A program made the translations under genes and the position numbers. From Octopus sinensis (taxonomy: Eukaryota): DNA of 64,000 bases. The notes under the pieces are model-generated. The model was given only the letters and a program-made list of their open reading frames with translations. It did no database searches and was not told where the DNA came from. Every line of letters starts with the position of its first letter. The first letter of the stretch is position 1. Positions 24,186 to 38,073 of this stretch are shown here, in pieces. The stretch covers positions 18,228,001-18,292,000 of the forward strand of contig NC_043016.1 in NCBI RefSeq assembly GCF_006345805.1, read 5' to 3'.

Positions 24186-24325
24186 ATTTCTTTACTACCC
24201 ACAAGGTGCTAAACACAGAGGGGACAAACAAGGACAGACAAAGGGACTCAGTCGATTACATCGACCCCAGCGTGTAACTGGTACTTAATTTATCGACCCT
24301 GAAAGGATGAAAGGCAAAGTCGACA
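24186..24325 (-). mobile_element. SINE family B, 5'-truncated
   Basis: Nin/Deu-like core and tail. Confidence 0.8.
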
Positions 24326-24897
24326 AAGTGTGTATATATATATATATAAATATATACACACACGTCTGGTCTATGTGTATGTCTGTCTTTCTGTCTCTCT
24401 CCCTTTTCTCTCTCTATCTATCTGTCTATCTATCTATTCCCCCTTTCTTCCTTCTTTCCTTCCTTAACTCTAGATAAGGTATGTGTGGGTGAAACAAACA
24501 AACCGACCGATAAATAGGCAAATAATCATATAGACAGACAAATAACTAGCTGCTTGGCTCATTATTTCTTTTTCTGTATGGTTATTTAATATATCTAGGT
24601 ACCTCTATCACTCTCTATGTCTTTCTCTGTCTTTCTTTCTCTCTGGATTTCTTTGCTTCTCTCTCTCTCTCTGTAGGTGTTTATACATTTACATTTTCAA
24701 ACGAAGCAAAAATATTGTAACACAAATAGTATTCATATATACACAATACAATCAGTATTCATGTATTCATAATTGCTCATGTATTCACTTATCTCTAACT
24801 GTTTAAAAATTCTTCACCCAAACATACAAACCTACCTCAAACTCATGTCACCTTCAGTCAATATTTCCATTGGTCCACCATTTAGCTTGCCTATTTG

Positions 24898-25495
24898 TTT
24901 AACTCTTTTGCATTTAAACCAGCCATCATCATCATCATCATTTAGCGTCCGCTTTCCATGCTAGCATGGGTTGGACGGTTCAACTGGGGTCATGGAGGCC
25001 AGAAGGCTGCACCAGTCCCAGTCTGAGCCAAAATATTCTACCTGTTTTATGTTCAAACCAGCCAGATCTGGCCTTTCGCACTTACCCTACAATGTCATTC
25101 TAAAATAATAAAATGTCATATCATCACAAACTGGAAGCTATGAGATAAAACAATGTGAATAAATAAGCATTACAATTTACAGAGTAATCTTAATGCTGAA
25201 AGTTTAAGTAGTTTGATTCTAGTCTGCTAGGGATTATCTCTGTTCTCCACTGCAAACATCTATTTTATCCCTTTGCCATTTAAACCAGCTGTATCTAGCC
25301 CAAATATCCTACCTGTTTCATATTCAAATCAGCTAACTCCAGCCACTTACACTGACCCCACAATGTCATTCTAAAAATGTACAATCACATCTTCAAAATC
25401 TCAGAGTTAAAAAGATAATCCATGATTAATTCAAAACAATGTGAATAAATAAGCAGAACATTTGGCGGAGTAATCTGAATGCTAAAAGGCTAAAG
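24898..25495 (-). mobile_element. Two piggyBac-like MITE family 1 copies; the first is interrupted by a family C SINE tail (24925-25027)
   Basis: Degenerate TTAA-CCCTTTAGCATT-type ends; shared internal sequence. Confidence 0.65.
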
Positions 25496-25574
25496 CATTC
25501 ATATTTGAAAAATTAAAACCTTCCATCATAAATTTATGCAATATCCTTTTATTAAATTATATTCTTAATGCTAA

Positions 25575-25981
25575 TCTATATATATAAAGCTGAAGTTGTC
25601 TGTGTGTGTGTATGTGACAGGTTTGGTAGCCTTCAACTAATACTATCTCCTCTGAGACCTTGTGGTGCAAGTTGACCAAAAACTGAGAGTATGATAGAAG
25701 AAGGCTTGCTCTTCATTCCATAAAAGAAAAAATTCAAATCGGACCATATTAAGACCAAAAATTATTTACATAAAAAAAAGTGCTTTTTTTTCTATGAAAA
25801 TCTCTATTCTTTAAAATTTTTTGACTGCCGTGTTGCCATTTTTCGGTGTATTTCAACCAGAAAAATGTTCACTTAAAGAGAATAACAAGCTACATAATTC
25901 AAATTTTTTACTTTTCAAAAATTCCAATTCTAAAGGGTCAAAAAGAAAACTAACCCGAGCAATGCCAGGCTATACTGCTAG
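25575..25981 (+). mobile_element. Non-autonomous Helitron
   Basis: A|TC start, CCCGAGCAATGCCAGG hairpin, CTAG|T end, no TSD. Confidence 0.88.
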
Positions 25982-26021
25982 TTTTATATATAAATGAGTA
26001 CCAGCAAGGGAACATTTATGT

Positions 26022-26165
26022 CAGGCCTGTGGAGTTAAAACAAAAAACTTTGACTCTGACTCCAACTCCTTTATGTAATTAAGTGATTGTGGTCTATTTT
26101 ACTGACTCTGACTCTATCTTAATTGTTTCCGACTCTGACTCCATTTCTCCAACTCAGCAGCCCTG
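26022..26165. mobile_element. hAT-type MITE with (GACTCT/GACTCC) subrepeats
   Basis: TIRs CAGGCCTGTGGAGT / ACTCAGCAGCCCTG; 8-bp TSD ATTTATGT / GTTTATGT. Confidence 0.7.
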
Positions 26166-27192
26166 GTTTATGTCATTACTTGCATGCTATAGGTTGTGGC
26201 TAAGATTCCTTCAAGCCATACCCTACTATCCTGATAAAAGAAAGGATAATTTGAATAATGTAATCTCAGGTGTTCCATGCCTATAAAGTATGGGAATGTG
26301 ATTATTGTTAGAACTGTTGACTGTATAATCCTATATGACACTTGTCCTCTCATGGCTGACCTGTTGTCCACAGTTTGGTACCCTTAACAGATTGGTTCTA
26401 GAAAGCAGGCAAAGAAATGTGCTTGTCCTGGTGGCATTTGTGGAGATGAGGGTTCATGCAGATCAGTGATGGGATTGATACAAGGACACACATACACACA
26501 CTCCCTCTCTGGCACATTGTCCATTGCTGGTGATCTGACGGGGAAGGGGAAATGACAGCAAGATGCCAGTAGGCAGACAAAAGCTGTGAAGATTCAGCTC
26601 AGTGGTGAGATGGTGGACATGGACTTGGTCTGTATGTCCATTTGATCATAGTTTGGCTCAATCAGGTTTGACCTTGGGCTAAACTGCAATCAGTTAATGA
26701 TAGTTATTTTACTAAATATAACTAAATTTTTTTTCTATTTTTTAAAAAAGAAAAAGAATTAATATAAACACAGTGAGCGTTGCAATTAATTCTAAATTAA
26801 TTAATTCTGAAATTAACACAAGCAGGATGATCATGAAAAGACAAGGTATCTTTAATCTTTAACTTGTTTCAGTTATTGGTTGACGGCCATGCTGTAGCAT
26901 CACGTTGAAGGTTTTTTTAAAAATAAACCAACCTCTGAACTTATTTTAAAGTCTGGTACACACAGATATGCATGCGCACGTATACACACACTCACACAGA
27001 GAGCTTCTTTAAGTTTCCATTTATCAATTGCACTCACAAGACTTTGGTCAGTGCTGAGGTATAGTGGAAGTCACTTGTGCAAAGTGCCAAGCAGTGGGAC
27101 TTGAACCTACAAGCATTCTATTGGGAAGTAAACTTCTTTCACCAAAGCAAGGCCTACTGCAGAATATGATAATTATCATTTAGAAGATTATA

Positions 27193-27580
27193 GGCACAGG
27201 TGTAGCTCTGTGGTAAGTAACCTGCTTACCAGCCACATGGTTCCGGGTTCAATTCCACTGTGTGGCACCTTGGGCAAGTGTCTTCTTCTATAGCCTCGGG
27301 TTGACCAAAGCCTTGTGAGTGGATTTGGCAGACAGAAACTGAAAGAAGCCCGTCATATATATATAAATATGTATATGTGTGTCAGTGTTTGTCCCCCCCC
27401 CCCAACATTGTTTGACGAGTGATGCTGATGTGTTTATATCACTGCAACTTAGTGGTTCAGCAAAAGAGACTGATAGAATAAGTACTAGGCTCACAAAGAA
27501 TAAGTTCTTGGGTTGATTTGCTTGACTAACAGTAGTGCTCGATCATGGCTGCAGTCAAAATGACTGAAACAAATAAAAGA
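27193..27580 (+). mobile_element. SINE family A
   Basis: Full-length homology. Confidence 0.88.
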
Positions 27581-27848
27581 ATAGTTTGCTTGACGAAGCA
27601 TTGTAGAATACATACAAAATCAGTCAGACATAGAAAGAGATCGCAATGCAAATACAACATTAAAATAGCGTAGTTATTGAAATGTTACCTTACAAATATT
27701 TAATTAATTCTTAATTTGGACTAATTAGATATTCTTAAGGTAACATGGCAATGTCTCTGTTTTTGTTATCAGTTATTGTTTTTGAGATTTAATGTTCTGC
27801 TTTCATGGTTGTTTTTATTTAAAGCATACTAATTTATACAAGCAGTAA

Positions 27849-28300
27849 CCCTTTCGTTACCAACCCGGCTGAAACCAGCTCTGCTCTGAGTACAAATATC
27901 TTGTTTTCAAAAGTTCTGAATTAAAATCTTTCACCAAGCCTTAGTCACAATTTATGCTCCTAACACTAGCTTAATGATAACTAAGTTATTTTACTAAATT
28001 CTTTGTTATATTTAAAATTAATTGAAAGAAACATAGAGCATCTCAACAGAATTATGGTAACAAAAGGGCTAAAATATATAATAGAGAAACAATTCTTAAC
28101 CCTTTAGATAATAACCCATCTGATACTGTCTGGATCTGTAGTACAAATGTTTTGTTTTCATAATTTCTGAATTAAAATCTTGTACCAAACCTTAGTCAGT
28201 AGCTTAATGATAACTAAGTTATTTTATTAAGTTCTTTGTTATATTTAAAGTAATTGAAAGAAACACAGAGTATCCCAAAATAAATACACTAACAAAAGGG
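27849..28300 (+). mobile_element. Two piggyBac-like MITE family 2 copies (27849-28068, 28100-28300)
   Basis: CCCTTTCGTTACC...GGTAACAAAAGGG TIRs; second copy flanked by TTAA on both sides. Confidence 0.75.
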
Positions 28301-28348
28301 TTAATGAATTATTTTGTAGCTCTCTGTACTTTTGAAGATGAGTGGAAT

Positions 28349-29130
28349 AAACCCTTTAGCATTCAGATTACTCTGTCCAATGTTGAGACCTCTTTCAGTC
28401 ATGAATCACCATGGTATTGCACCTAGAAAGTTACCCTCCCAGGTACAAGTCTGGGCAAGGTTGTTTATGGAAGACCAGCAGTCGCCCATGCATACCAGCC
28501 TCCCCTCTCCACACCACCAGTGTTATCCAAGGGACAGGCAAAGGCCGATACAGCTTGGTACCATTGACATCGCAACTCATTTCTATAGCTGAGTGAACTG
28601 GAGCAATGTGAAATAAAGTGTCTTGCTCAAAATCACAACACGCAGCCCGGTCCGCGATTTGAACTCACAACCTCACGATCATAAGCTCGATGCTCTAACC
28701 ACTGAGCCATGCACCTTCACAATGTAATACCTATTCATTTACATTGTTTTGAATTAATCGTGTATTATCTCACAGCTCTGAAATTTCAATGATGCGATAG
28801 TTTATTTTTGCTATGACATTGTAGGGTAGGTACAAGATACTGGATCTATCCTCTTTGAACATAACAGAATAATAGATCGGGAAGAATATATGGGTCAGAT
28901 ATAGCTGGTTTAATTCTTTAGCATTCAGATTACTCTGACAAATGTATTGCTTACTTATTCACACTGTTTTGAATTAATCATGCATTATCTCATTGCTTCA
29001 AGATTTCAACAACGTGATTGTTTAGTTTTAGAATGGCATTTTATTGTGGGTGTGAGATCTAATCAGTTTTAACATAAAGCTGGGTAGAATATTTGGACTG
29101 GATATGGCTGGTGTAAATACTAAAGGGCTG
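28349..29130 (+). mobile_element. Two tandem piggyBac-like MITE family 1 copies; the first is split by a SINE
   Basis: CCCTTTAGCATTCAGATTACTCTG start at ~28352 and a related start at ~28914; TAAATACTAAAGGG end. Confidence 0.7.
28385..28720 (-). mobile_element. tRNA-derived SINE with the family D head and a different tail (family E)
   Basis: Minus: GGTGCATGGCTCAGTGGTTAG A-box, GAGTTCAAATC B-box, TTGAGCAAGACACTTTATTTCACATTGCTCCAG core shared with 53527. Confidence 0.8.
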
Positions 29131-29306
29131 AAATGGTTTCCATCCCCTTCTTGAAAAACAGTAAATGGTTAGCTTTATTTATTCACAACATCTGGTTATA
29201 AGATAATGCCACAATTACGAGTATTCATTAAAAAAAAACATACCAACAAAAGAAAACACTGGTAAAAATGAATGAACAAATGATTTATTCATTAAATGGA
29301 ACAATA

Positions 29307-29731
29307 GGTGCAGGAGTGGCTGTGTGGTAAGTAGCTTGCTAACCAACCACATGGTTCCGGGTTCAGTCCCACTGCATGGCATCTTGGGCAAATGTCTTCT
29401 GCTATAGCCGCAGGCCGACCAAAGCCTTGTGAGTGGATTTGGTAGACGGAAACTGAAAGAAGCCCGTCGTATATATGTATATATATATATATATGTATGT
29501 GTGTGTGCGTGTATGTTTGTGTGTCTGTGTTTGTCCCACTAGCATTGCTTGACAACCGATGCTGGTGTGTTTACGTCCCCCGTCACTTAGCGGTTCGGCA
29601 AAAGAGACTGGTAGAATAAATACTAGGTTTCAAAGAATAAGTCCCGGGGTCGATTTGCTCGACTAAAGGCGGTGCTCCAGCATGGCCACAGTCAAATGAC
29701 TGAAACAAGTAAAAGAGAAAGAGAAAAGAGA
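29307..29731 (+). mobile_element. SINE family A, young full-length copy
   Basis: Near-consensus, CpGs retained. Confidence 0.92.
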
Positions 29732-30073
29732 ATAGTTTTGTTAACTTAATAATTAAGGTTCAGTTCCAGTTTTTATTTCTTGTATTTTTTTAAAAGTATA
29801 ATTCTATTATTTTTATGATGCAATATTTGGGAATCTCAATGTATCATTAACTGGAATTTCTGGTAAAATAGACATGGCTAACAATGGTGCAGAATCAAGT
29901 CATTGATATTACTATGTTTCATTCAGTTCTTTAGTATTTGAAACCTGCCAAAGCTGACTCAGCTTCTCATACAGCTGGAGTTGATAAAATATCACTATCA
30001 GAATTATTGACATTTTCCATTGTAATTTGCCCTAGTATTGTTTTCTCATTCATTTCCTTTGCGGCAGACAAAG

Positions 30074-30091
30074 TTATTATTATTATTATTA

Positions 30092-30173
<82 letters not shown>

Positions 30174-30174
30174 C

Positions 30175-30206
<32 letters not shown>

Positions 30207-30255
30207 TATTATTACTATTATTATTATTATTATTATTATTATTGTATTATTATTG

Positions 30256-30299
<44 letters not shown>

Positions 30300-30383
30300 G
30301 TCATTATTATTATTATTGTCATTATTATTATTATTATTATTATTATTTTATCATTATTATTGTCATTATTATTATTATTATTA

Positions 30384-30414
<31 letters not shown>

Positions 30415-30503
30415 GTTATTATTATTATTATTATTATTACTATTATTATTATTATATTATTATTATTATTAAATAATAATAATTATTATTATTATTATCA
30501 TTA
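30074..30503 (+). repeat. (TTA)n microsatellite
   Basis: Directly visible, ~430 bp. Confidence 0.97.
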
Positions 30504-30506
30504 TGA

Positions 30507-31325
30507 AGGTAGTGAGCTGGCAGAATCATTACTGTGCTGGACAAAATTCTTTGCAGCATTTCATCTGTCTTTTTGTTCTTAGTTCAAATTCCACAGAAGT
30601 CCACTGTGCCTTTCATCCTTTCGTGGAAGAATCGTTAGCACGCTGGGCGAAATGCTTAGCGGTATTTCGTCTGCCGCTACGTTCTGAGTTCAAATTCCGC
30701 CGAGGTCGACTTTGCCTTTCATCCTTTCGGGGTCGATTAAATAAGTACCAGTTACGCACTGGGGTCGATGTAATCGACTTAATCCGTTTGTCTGTCCGTG
30801 TTTGTCCTCCCTGTGTTTAGCCCCTTTTGGGTAGTAATGAAATAGGTATTTCGTCTGCCGCTACGTTCTGAGTTCAAATTCTGCCGAGGTCGAATTTGCC
30901 TTTCATCCTTTCGGGGTCGATTAAATAAGTACCAGTTACGCACTGGGGTCGATATAATCGACTTAATCCGTTTGTCTGTCCTTGTTTGTCCTCTCTGTGT
31001 TTAGCCCCTTTTGGGTAGTAAAGAAATAGGTATTGAGAAAATAAATATCAAGTCTAGCACTTGGATCGATGTAATCAACCTGCACCTCCCCATCAAAATT
31101 TCAGACCTTGTGCCTATAGTAGAAAGAGCTGGTAGAATTGTTAGCATGCCAAGCAAAATGCTTAGCGGTATTTCATCTGTCTTTACGTTCTGAGTTCAAA
31201 CTCTACCGAGGTTGATTTTGCTTTTCATCCTTTTGGGGATGTTGAAATAAGCACCAGTAATGCACTGGGGTCGATGTAATTGACTAGCTCCCTCCTCCAA
31301 AATCTGAGGCCTTGAGCCTAAATTA
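30507..31325 (+). mobile_element. Nested/tandem SINE family B cluster, including a dimer at 30627-31030
   Basis: Repeated Nin/Deu-like cores; junction GAAATAG-GTATTTCGTCTG. Confidence 0.85.
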
Positions 31326-31327
31326 GG

Positions 31328-31358
<31 letters not shown>

Positions 31359-31389
31359 TTATCATCATCATCATCATCATCATCATTCA

Positions 31390-31700
31390 GTATTCTTATT
31401 TTCATCACATGCTTTCACTATGCTACTGAGCACAGCCCTGTATACCTTGGGTATGTGCTGTGGATTGTTGTGATACTCTTATTTTCACTGTGTTGAAAGT
31501 GCATTACATCGGATGTGCACTGTGCCTAGTAGCGCTACTTTCTGTATGGTATACATGTTCAAAAATCCCAATATTTTGGTTATGTATTTGTCTAAATGTT
31601 TTTTAATCATACCTAATGCACTCATTATTATAGGGATTGTTTCTGTTTTTAGACTCCACATTCAGGTTACCTCTATTTCCAGATCTTTGTATTTTGAGAA
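31390..31700 (-). mobile_element. R4/Dong-clade LINE 3' end (restriction-like endonuclease tail) within (TAA)n
   Basis: Minus translation FSKYKDLEIEVT*MWSLKTETIPIIMSALGMIKK...IQKVALLGTVHI, the K.KY..L...W...PI..GALG...QK...LGT..I motif of R4/Dong RLE domains. Confidence 0.8.
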
Positions 31701-31710
31701 TTATTATTAC

Positions 31711-31773
<63 letters not shown>

Positions 31774-31994
31774 TAAGGCATTGAGCTGGCAGAATCGTTA
31801 GCATACTGGATGAAATGCTTAGTAGTATTTTGCTCATTGCTATGTTCTGAGTTCAAATTCCACCGAGGTCACTTTGCCTTTCAGGGTTGATAAATTAAGT
31901 ACCAGTGAAACTCTGGGGTCAATGTAATTAACTAGTCCTCTTCTCACCAAATTTCAGGCCTTGTGCATTTAGTAGAAAGGATTATTATTATTAT

Positions 31995-32360
31995 TATTAC
32001 CTCTGCCTTCGCTAAGGCGGAGGTATTGTTTCAGTCGTGTTTGTTTGTTTGTTTGTCTGTGGACAAAATATCTCAAGAACCGTTGGTTGGATTCAGATGA
32101 AACTTTCAGGGATGTCGGGCCTTGTGACTGGCACAAACTGATTAGATTTTGGTATTGATCTGGTACCGGACAAGGTTTCTGGATTATTTTTCCTGTTTTT
32201 TACTTAATTTTTGAAAGCGGTCGGATTTACATTTAGTATTCTCATTTATGAGAGCAGTCGAGTTTATTTCAGATATTCTCATTTTAAAATCATCTCTGGC
32301 TAATCATTGAGTGGACATTGGTGTTGCCTTGGCAAAGGTTTGTGCTCTCTGAGTGCTCTT
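31995..32360 (+). mobile_element. Helentron-associated (DINE-1/HINE-like) non-autonomous element
   Basis: ACCTCTGCC..GGCGGAGGT 5' palindrome, (GTTT)n microsatellite, 3' sub-TIR GGCAAAGGT and terminal hairpin GTGCTCTCTGAGTGC; T-rich flanks. Confidence 0.65.
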
Positions 32361-32364
32361 ATTA

Positions 32365-32407
<43 letters not shown>

Positions 32408-33215
32408 GAGTAGTAGTTGGTTTAAAGTTTTACATTCTGTGCTCAAATCCTTTTGAAGTACATTTTCACTTTCAAGTTTCTGTTTATAAGATTAAATTAG
32501 TAGTTAAGTACTGAAATTTAATTAACTGCCCACACCTTCCCTCATAAGTCTAACCTTGTACTTATTTTCAAAATTTTTATATTTACACATACACACACAT
32601 TTATACATACATTTTCATGCACTGATATATGCTCAAATGCATACTCACACTGATGATTGCTGCTGAATGCTATAATGAACTTTTAAACAGAACTGAAAAT
32701 GTGAAATATATGATGCCCTAGGCATGCCTCTGTGATTAAGAGCTTCATCTCCCAAACACATGCTTTTGGTTTCAGTCTCAAGATTTATCACCTTAACCAG
32801 GTGCTTTGCGAGTAGATTGAAACTGTGTGGAGCCCCTCCCTCCCTCCCCTCACCTTCACACACATACATACCCTCAGGTGTGTGTGTGTATTTGTGTCCT
32901 TTGTATCTGATAATTTGTGTAAACTTGTCTGGCTATTTGGAAATATTACCTTGCTTGGAAAAAATCGAGAGTTGGTGACATGAAGGGCATCCGGCCAAAG
33001 AAATTATGCTTCTGTAAAAACTCTGTCTTACCCGCACAAGCATGGGTATGTATATCGTCATCATTATTTTGTCAATCCATGGAGAAGCAGGAAATGATGA
33101 TAAAAGATTATGATGATGATCATATGCACATATACACACACACAAAAAAAAAATATACATCCACTCACACACATAGACACACACCCACACCTATATATAC
33201 ATATATATATATATA

Positions 33216-33612
33216 GGCGCAAGAGTAGCTTGCTTACCAACCACATGGTCATGGCTTCAGTTCCACTGCATGGCACCTTGGGCAAGTATCTTCTACTATA
33301 GCCTCGGGCCGACCAAAGCCTTGTGAGTGGATTTGGTAGATGGAAACTGAAAGAAGCCCGTCGTATATATGTATAGATATATGTATGTATGTGTGCGTAT
33401 ATGTTTGTGTATCTGTGTTTGTTCCCCCAACATCACTTGACAACCGATGCTGGTATGTTAACATCCCCGTAGCTTAGCGGTTCGGCAGAAGAAACTGATA
33501 GAATAAGTACTAGGCTTACAAAGAATAAGCCCTGGGGTCGATTTGCTCGACTAAAGGCGGTGCTCCAGCATGGCCACAGTCAAATGACTGAAACAAATAA
33601 AAGAGTAAAGAG
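33216..33612 (+). mobile_element. SINE family A
   Basis: Homology with a small head deletion. Confidence 0.88.
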
Positions 33613-33639
33613 TTTAAAATAGCAAAAACTAACAAATTG

Positions 33640-33980
33640 AACCAGCCAGGACCCCTGGACTGGTGGTACATAAAAAGCACTATCCGACTCGTGGCCGATG
33701 CCAGCGTCACCTCAACTAGCTTCCGTGCCGGTGGCACGTAAAATGCACCAATCTGACCGTGGCCATTACCAGGCCCGCCTGGCACCTGTGTAGGTGGCAC
33801 GTAAAAAGCACCCACTACACTCACGGAGTGGTTGGCGTTAGGAAGGGCATCCAGCTGTAGAAACATTGCCAGATAAGACTGGAGCCTGGTGCAGCCTTCT
33901 GGCTTCCCAGATCCCCGGTCGAACCGTCCAACCCATGCTAGCATGGAGAACGGACGTTAAACGATGATGATGATGATGAT
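33640..33980 (+). mobile_element. SINE/retroposon family C (GGCACGTAAAAAGCAC tandem units, (GAT)n tail)
   Basis: Three internal units, then CACTACACTC...GGACGTTAAACGATGATG; also at ~12370, 14300, 41950, 42130, 43640, 56145, 56470, 61880. Confidence 0.85.
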
Positions 33981-34436
33981 GATAACAAAAGAAAACAGAA
34001 AACAACAAAAGTGGCAGGCGAATGAAAACACACACAAAATTTCCGTGTGTGGGTCTGGTCCTGTTATCTCAATTTTGTTTATATTATGAGGATGTATGAT
34101 CACTTGTTTATGGAAACAAAATGAGCAAAAAGCCCTACAAGTCTAATAATCTGACTATGTATTTATATTTGTGTACATTTATGTTTTTTGTATGTATGTG
34201 TGTGGTGTTACATATCTATGCTTGGTCTATGTAAATGAGTTTCGTGTGTGTGTTTGCGTGAATGAGGGTTGTGTGTGTTTATCATTAAAATTATTAGCAC
34301 CTAATAATCATAAATTTTAAAACTGTTTCTTCTTCCAACTGTCCCTAATAAATGCCAGAGACGGGTTTAGCAAGTACAAACACTGACTTGTTTTGGATCA
34401 TTGCTAAGCAAATTTGACATGACAATGACAACGTTC

Positions 34437-34484
<48 letters not shown>

Positions 34485-34909
34485 TTATCTGTGTGTGTAT
34501 GTATCTGTGTGTATATGTATCTGTATGTGTGTGTCTGTGTGTGTATATGTATCTGTATCTATGTATATGTGCGTGTATACATATCTGTATGTATGTATCT
34601 GTGTATGTATGTATATGTATGTATATGTATGTATATGTGTATATGTATGTATATGTGTATATGTGTGTGTATATGTATCTGTATCTGTGTGTGTATATGT
34701 ATCTGTATGTATGTATATATCTGTGCGTGTATGTACATGTGTGCGAGTACGTACGTGTGTGTGTGTGTGTATGTACATGTATAATTCTCTATATACATAT
34801 GCCTGATTATATATAACACACACACACATATATATATATTTGCTAAAACATATATATATATTTGCTAAAACATATGTATATATATATATATATATATATT
34901 TGCTAAAAC

Positions 34910-34945
<36 letters not shown>

Positions 34946-34950
34946 ACATG
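34437..34950 (+). repeat. Compound (TA/TG/TGTATA) microsatellite
   Basis: Directly visible. Confidence 0.95.
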
Positions 34951-35151
34951 TGTGCTTGTGTGTTTTATGAAAATATTCTTCATGAAAACAATGAGTCACA
35001 CTGAAGAACCTTTTGTTGAAACAGGAATATATGTTCCTGGGATTCATTGTTTTGGATAAGACATGTTAATATTTGAGGCTTCACACTTTGAGTTCTTTAT
35101 ACAAAGTGGTCTGACAATGTTGTTATGAAACTGGTCACACAAGGAATGTAA

Positions 35152-35183
<32 letters not shown>

Positions 35184-35381
35184 TTGTATATACATGCAGG
35201 TATGGTTGTGTGGTAAGACAGTCTACTTCCCAACTACACGGTTTCAGGTTCAGTTCTGTTGCATGGCACTTTGGACTAATGTCTTCTATTATAGCACCCC
35301 ACAGGCTAACCAAAGCCTTCTGAGTGGATTTGGTAGGTGAAAACTCAAAGAAGCCCATTGTATATTCGAGAGAGAGCGAGT

Positions 35382-35431
<50 letters not shown>

Positions 35432-35659
35432 ATTGTCTCCATGTTTTGAGATAGGGGAATGTTGATTTACTCGGAAACTGGTAAAGTTTGGTGACCGGGA
35501 AGGCATCTAGCCATAGAAAAATCTACCTCGACAAATTCGTTCTGACCAATACAAGCATGGAAAAATGGACAGCAAAACAATTATGCTGATAATGATATAT
35601 ATATATATATATATGTATGTATGTGTGTATATGTTTATGTGTATAGACATATATTTATG

Positions 35660-35703
<44 letters not shown>

Positions 35704-36698
35704 ATATATATGTATACATGTATGGTTGAACTTCTGCCAAGTGATCTAGAGAGTTTTAGTGACATCATTACAAGTCTATAACGAGGAAGATAATTATGTC
35801 TGCTTATATTCCGATATAAAATTTGCAGATGTTGTAACCTGATTTTAGGTTCAAGTTCAGTGCAGTTTTGTTTTTTTAATACGTAACATTTTTATGTAGT
35901 AACCTTGAGAAGTCTGAGTCAATTTCACTCGTAATACAATCAATTTGTATCTCAGAAGGAAAGATAAATTGTTAAAAATCTAGGGCAGTCGTCTTCTATA
36001 AGCATCAATAACATATATTATCTGACTGAAATCTGGTGCAGTTTGAAGACTGAAAAATCAATGTGTGTTGAATTGGCAAAATATATATCCATATAAGTGC
36101 TAGGCATGAACATGTGGTTGCAAAGCTTGTGTTGCGGTTTTGTGGTCTCAGGTTCAGTCCCACGGCACAGTTCCTTAGGCAAGTGTCTTCTACTATAGCT
36201 CCAAGCTGATCAAAGAATTACAAGTGAATATGGTATACAGTTACTGAAAGAAGCCTATTGTCTACAAAACCCCTGCAGAAAATCTGATCCAGACACAGAG
36301 AGAGGGTCCCTAAGGCAGATATGTATGGTTATACTTAACCTGGCATCCCCTGCAACTTCATGGATTCTGTAAACATTTTGAATTACCTTTCTTTCATGGG
36401 TGAAGAGGTGCTAAATGTAACTGAAGTTAAGCATATGCTCCTGGGGACAACTCAGGCACAGTAGAAGTGATTAAGTTACTGTTTCTGCAAAATCATATTC
36501 CAGCAATGAAAACAAGGCTGACACAACAATCTGTTTGATTAGCTTCTGCACAATTTCTGTCTACATAATTTAACTTGTAAGTCTTGGATATTGATCTGAC
36601 TTGGCCAAAATGCCATGCAACGCAATGAGGTTGAACATGGGACTTTGTGATTGTAAAGTGAAGTTCTTAAGCATTTAGCTATACTGCACACTCACTCA

Positions 36699-36740
<42 letters not shown>

Positions 36741-36794
36741 TCCTTTCTCTCTCTCGCTCTCTCACTGTAAGATTCTTTCAGTCTTTTAGTTTCT

Positions 36795-37027
36795 TATTTC
36801 TTTATTGCCCACAAGGGCCTAAACATAGAGGGGGACAAACAAGGACAGACAAAGGTATTAAATCAATTACATCGACTCCAGTGCATAACTAGTACTTAAT
36901 TTATCAACCCCGAAATGATGAAAGGCAAAGTCGACCTCGGCCGAATTTGAACTCAGAACGTAATGGCAGACGAAATACCGCTAAGCATTTCGCCCGGCGC
37001 GCTAACGTTTCTGCCAGCTCGCCACCT
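36795..37027 (-). mobile_element. SINE family B inserted in a family A remnant
   Basis: Full-length; TSD GTCTTTTAGTTTCT on both sides. Confidence 0.88.
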
Positions 37028-37862
37028 TGTCTTTTAGTTTCTGTGTCAGTCTTTTAGTTTCTGTCTACAAGATCCACTCACAAGGCTTTGGTCAGCCCAA
37101 GGCTATAGTAAAAAAGTCACTTGCCCAAGGTGCCACAGAGTGAGACTGAAAACTGGAACCATGTGGTTGCTCGGAAAGCAAACTTCTTACTATGCAGTCA
37201 CACAGAAGCAATGTAGTGACACCGTTTACGGATATAAACAATATGAATGAGAGGAAAAATACCTTAAGGGAATGATCTAAATACACATTGTGTAAGGGGG
37301 TCACGTATTTAATGTAACGAACTGAGAGAGATAGAAAGGGCTAGAGGTGGGGGCAGCAAGGGCCGAAAGAAAAATACTAAAATAACTCCATAGCTGTTGT
37401 GCTATTTTAATGCTGAGATCATTTGTACTAGCATGCATTTCAGAAATAGTAAATAACATTTATTTTTATTTTATTTTATTTTATTTTATTTTATTTTATT
37501 TTATTATATTTATTATATATTCATTTTGTCCTGTACTATTAGTCCCTGATATTTTTCTTTTCTTATTGTTTTTTTTTTGGCTTATTTGTTGGTTGTTTTG
37601 TTTTTTGTTTGTCCTTCTCTAGTAATTGTAATTATAATCCCAAATGAAGGGAGGAAGGAGGGAAGGAAGGAAGGAAGAGAGATGAATTAAGAAAAAGAAG
37701 GAAATAAAGACATACTGCTTTCCGTGATAATTTCCCACCTCCTGTATTCGCAGATCGTAATTACTAGGTTAAGCATGTTACTATTACTGAATTACACACA
37801 CATGTGTGTGTATGTATGTATATATATATACAAGTAAGTATGTGATGGTGTGTGGGTGTGTG

Positions 37863-37901
<39 letters not shown>

Positions 37902-38073
37902 GTGTGTATATATATATGTATGTATGTGTATATATATATATGTGTGTGTGTGTGTGTAATATATGCATGTATATGTATTTGTATATATGTAGATACATAC
38001 ATATGTATGTATGTGTCATTGTATATGTGTATATATGTATATCAACAGAATTATATATATTATATATTCAAAA

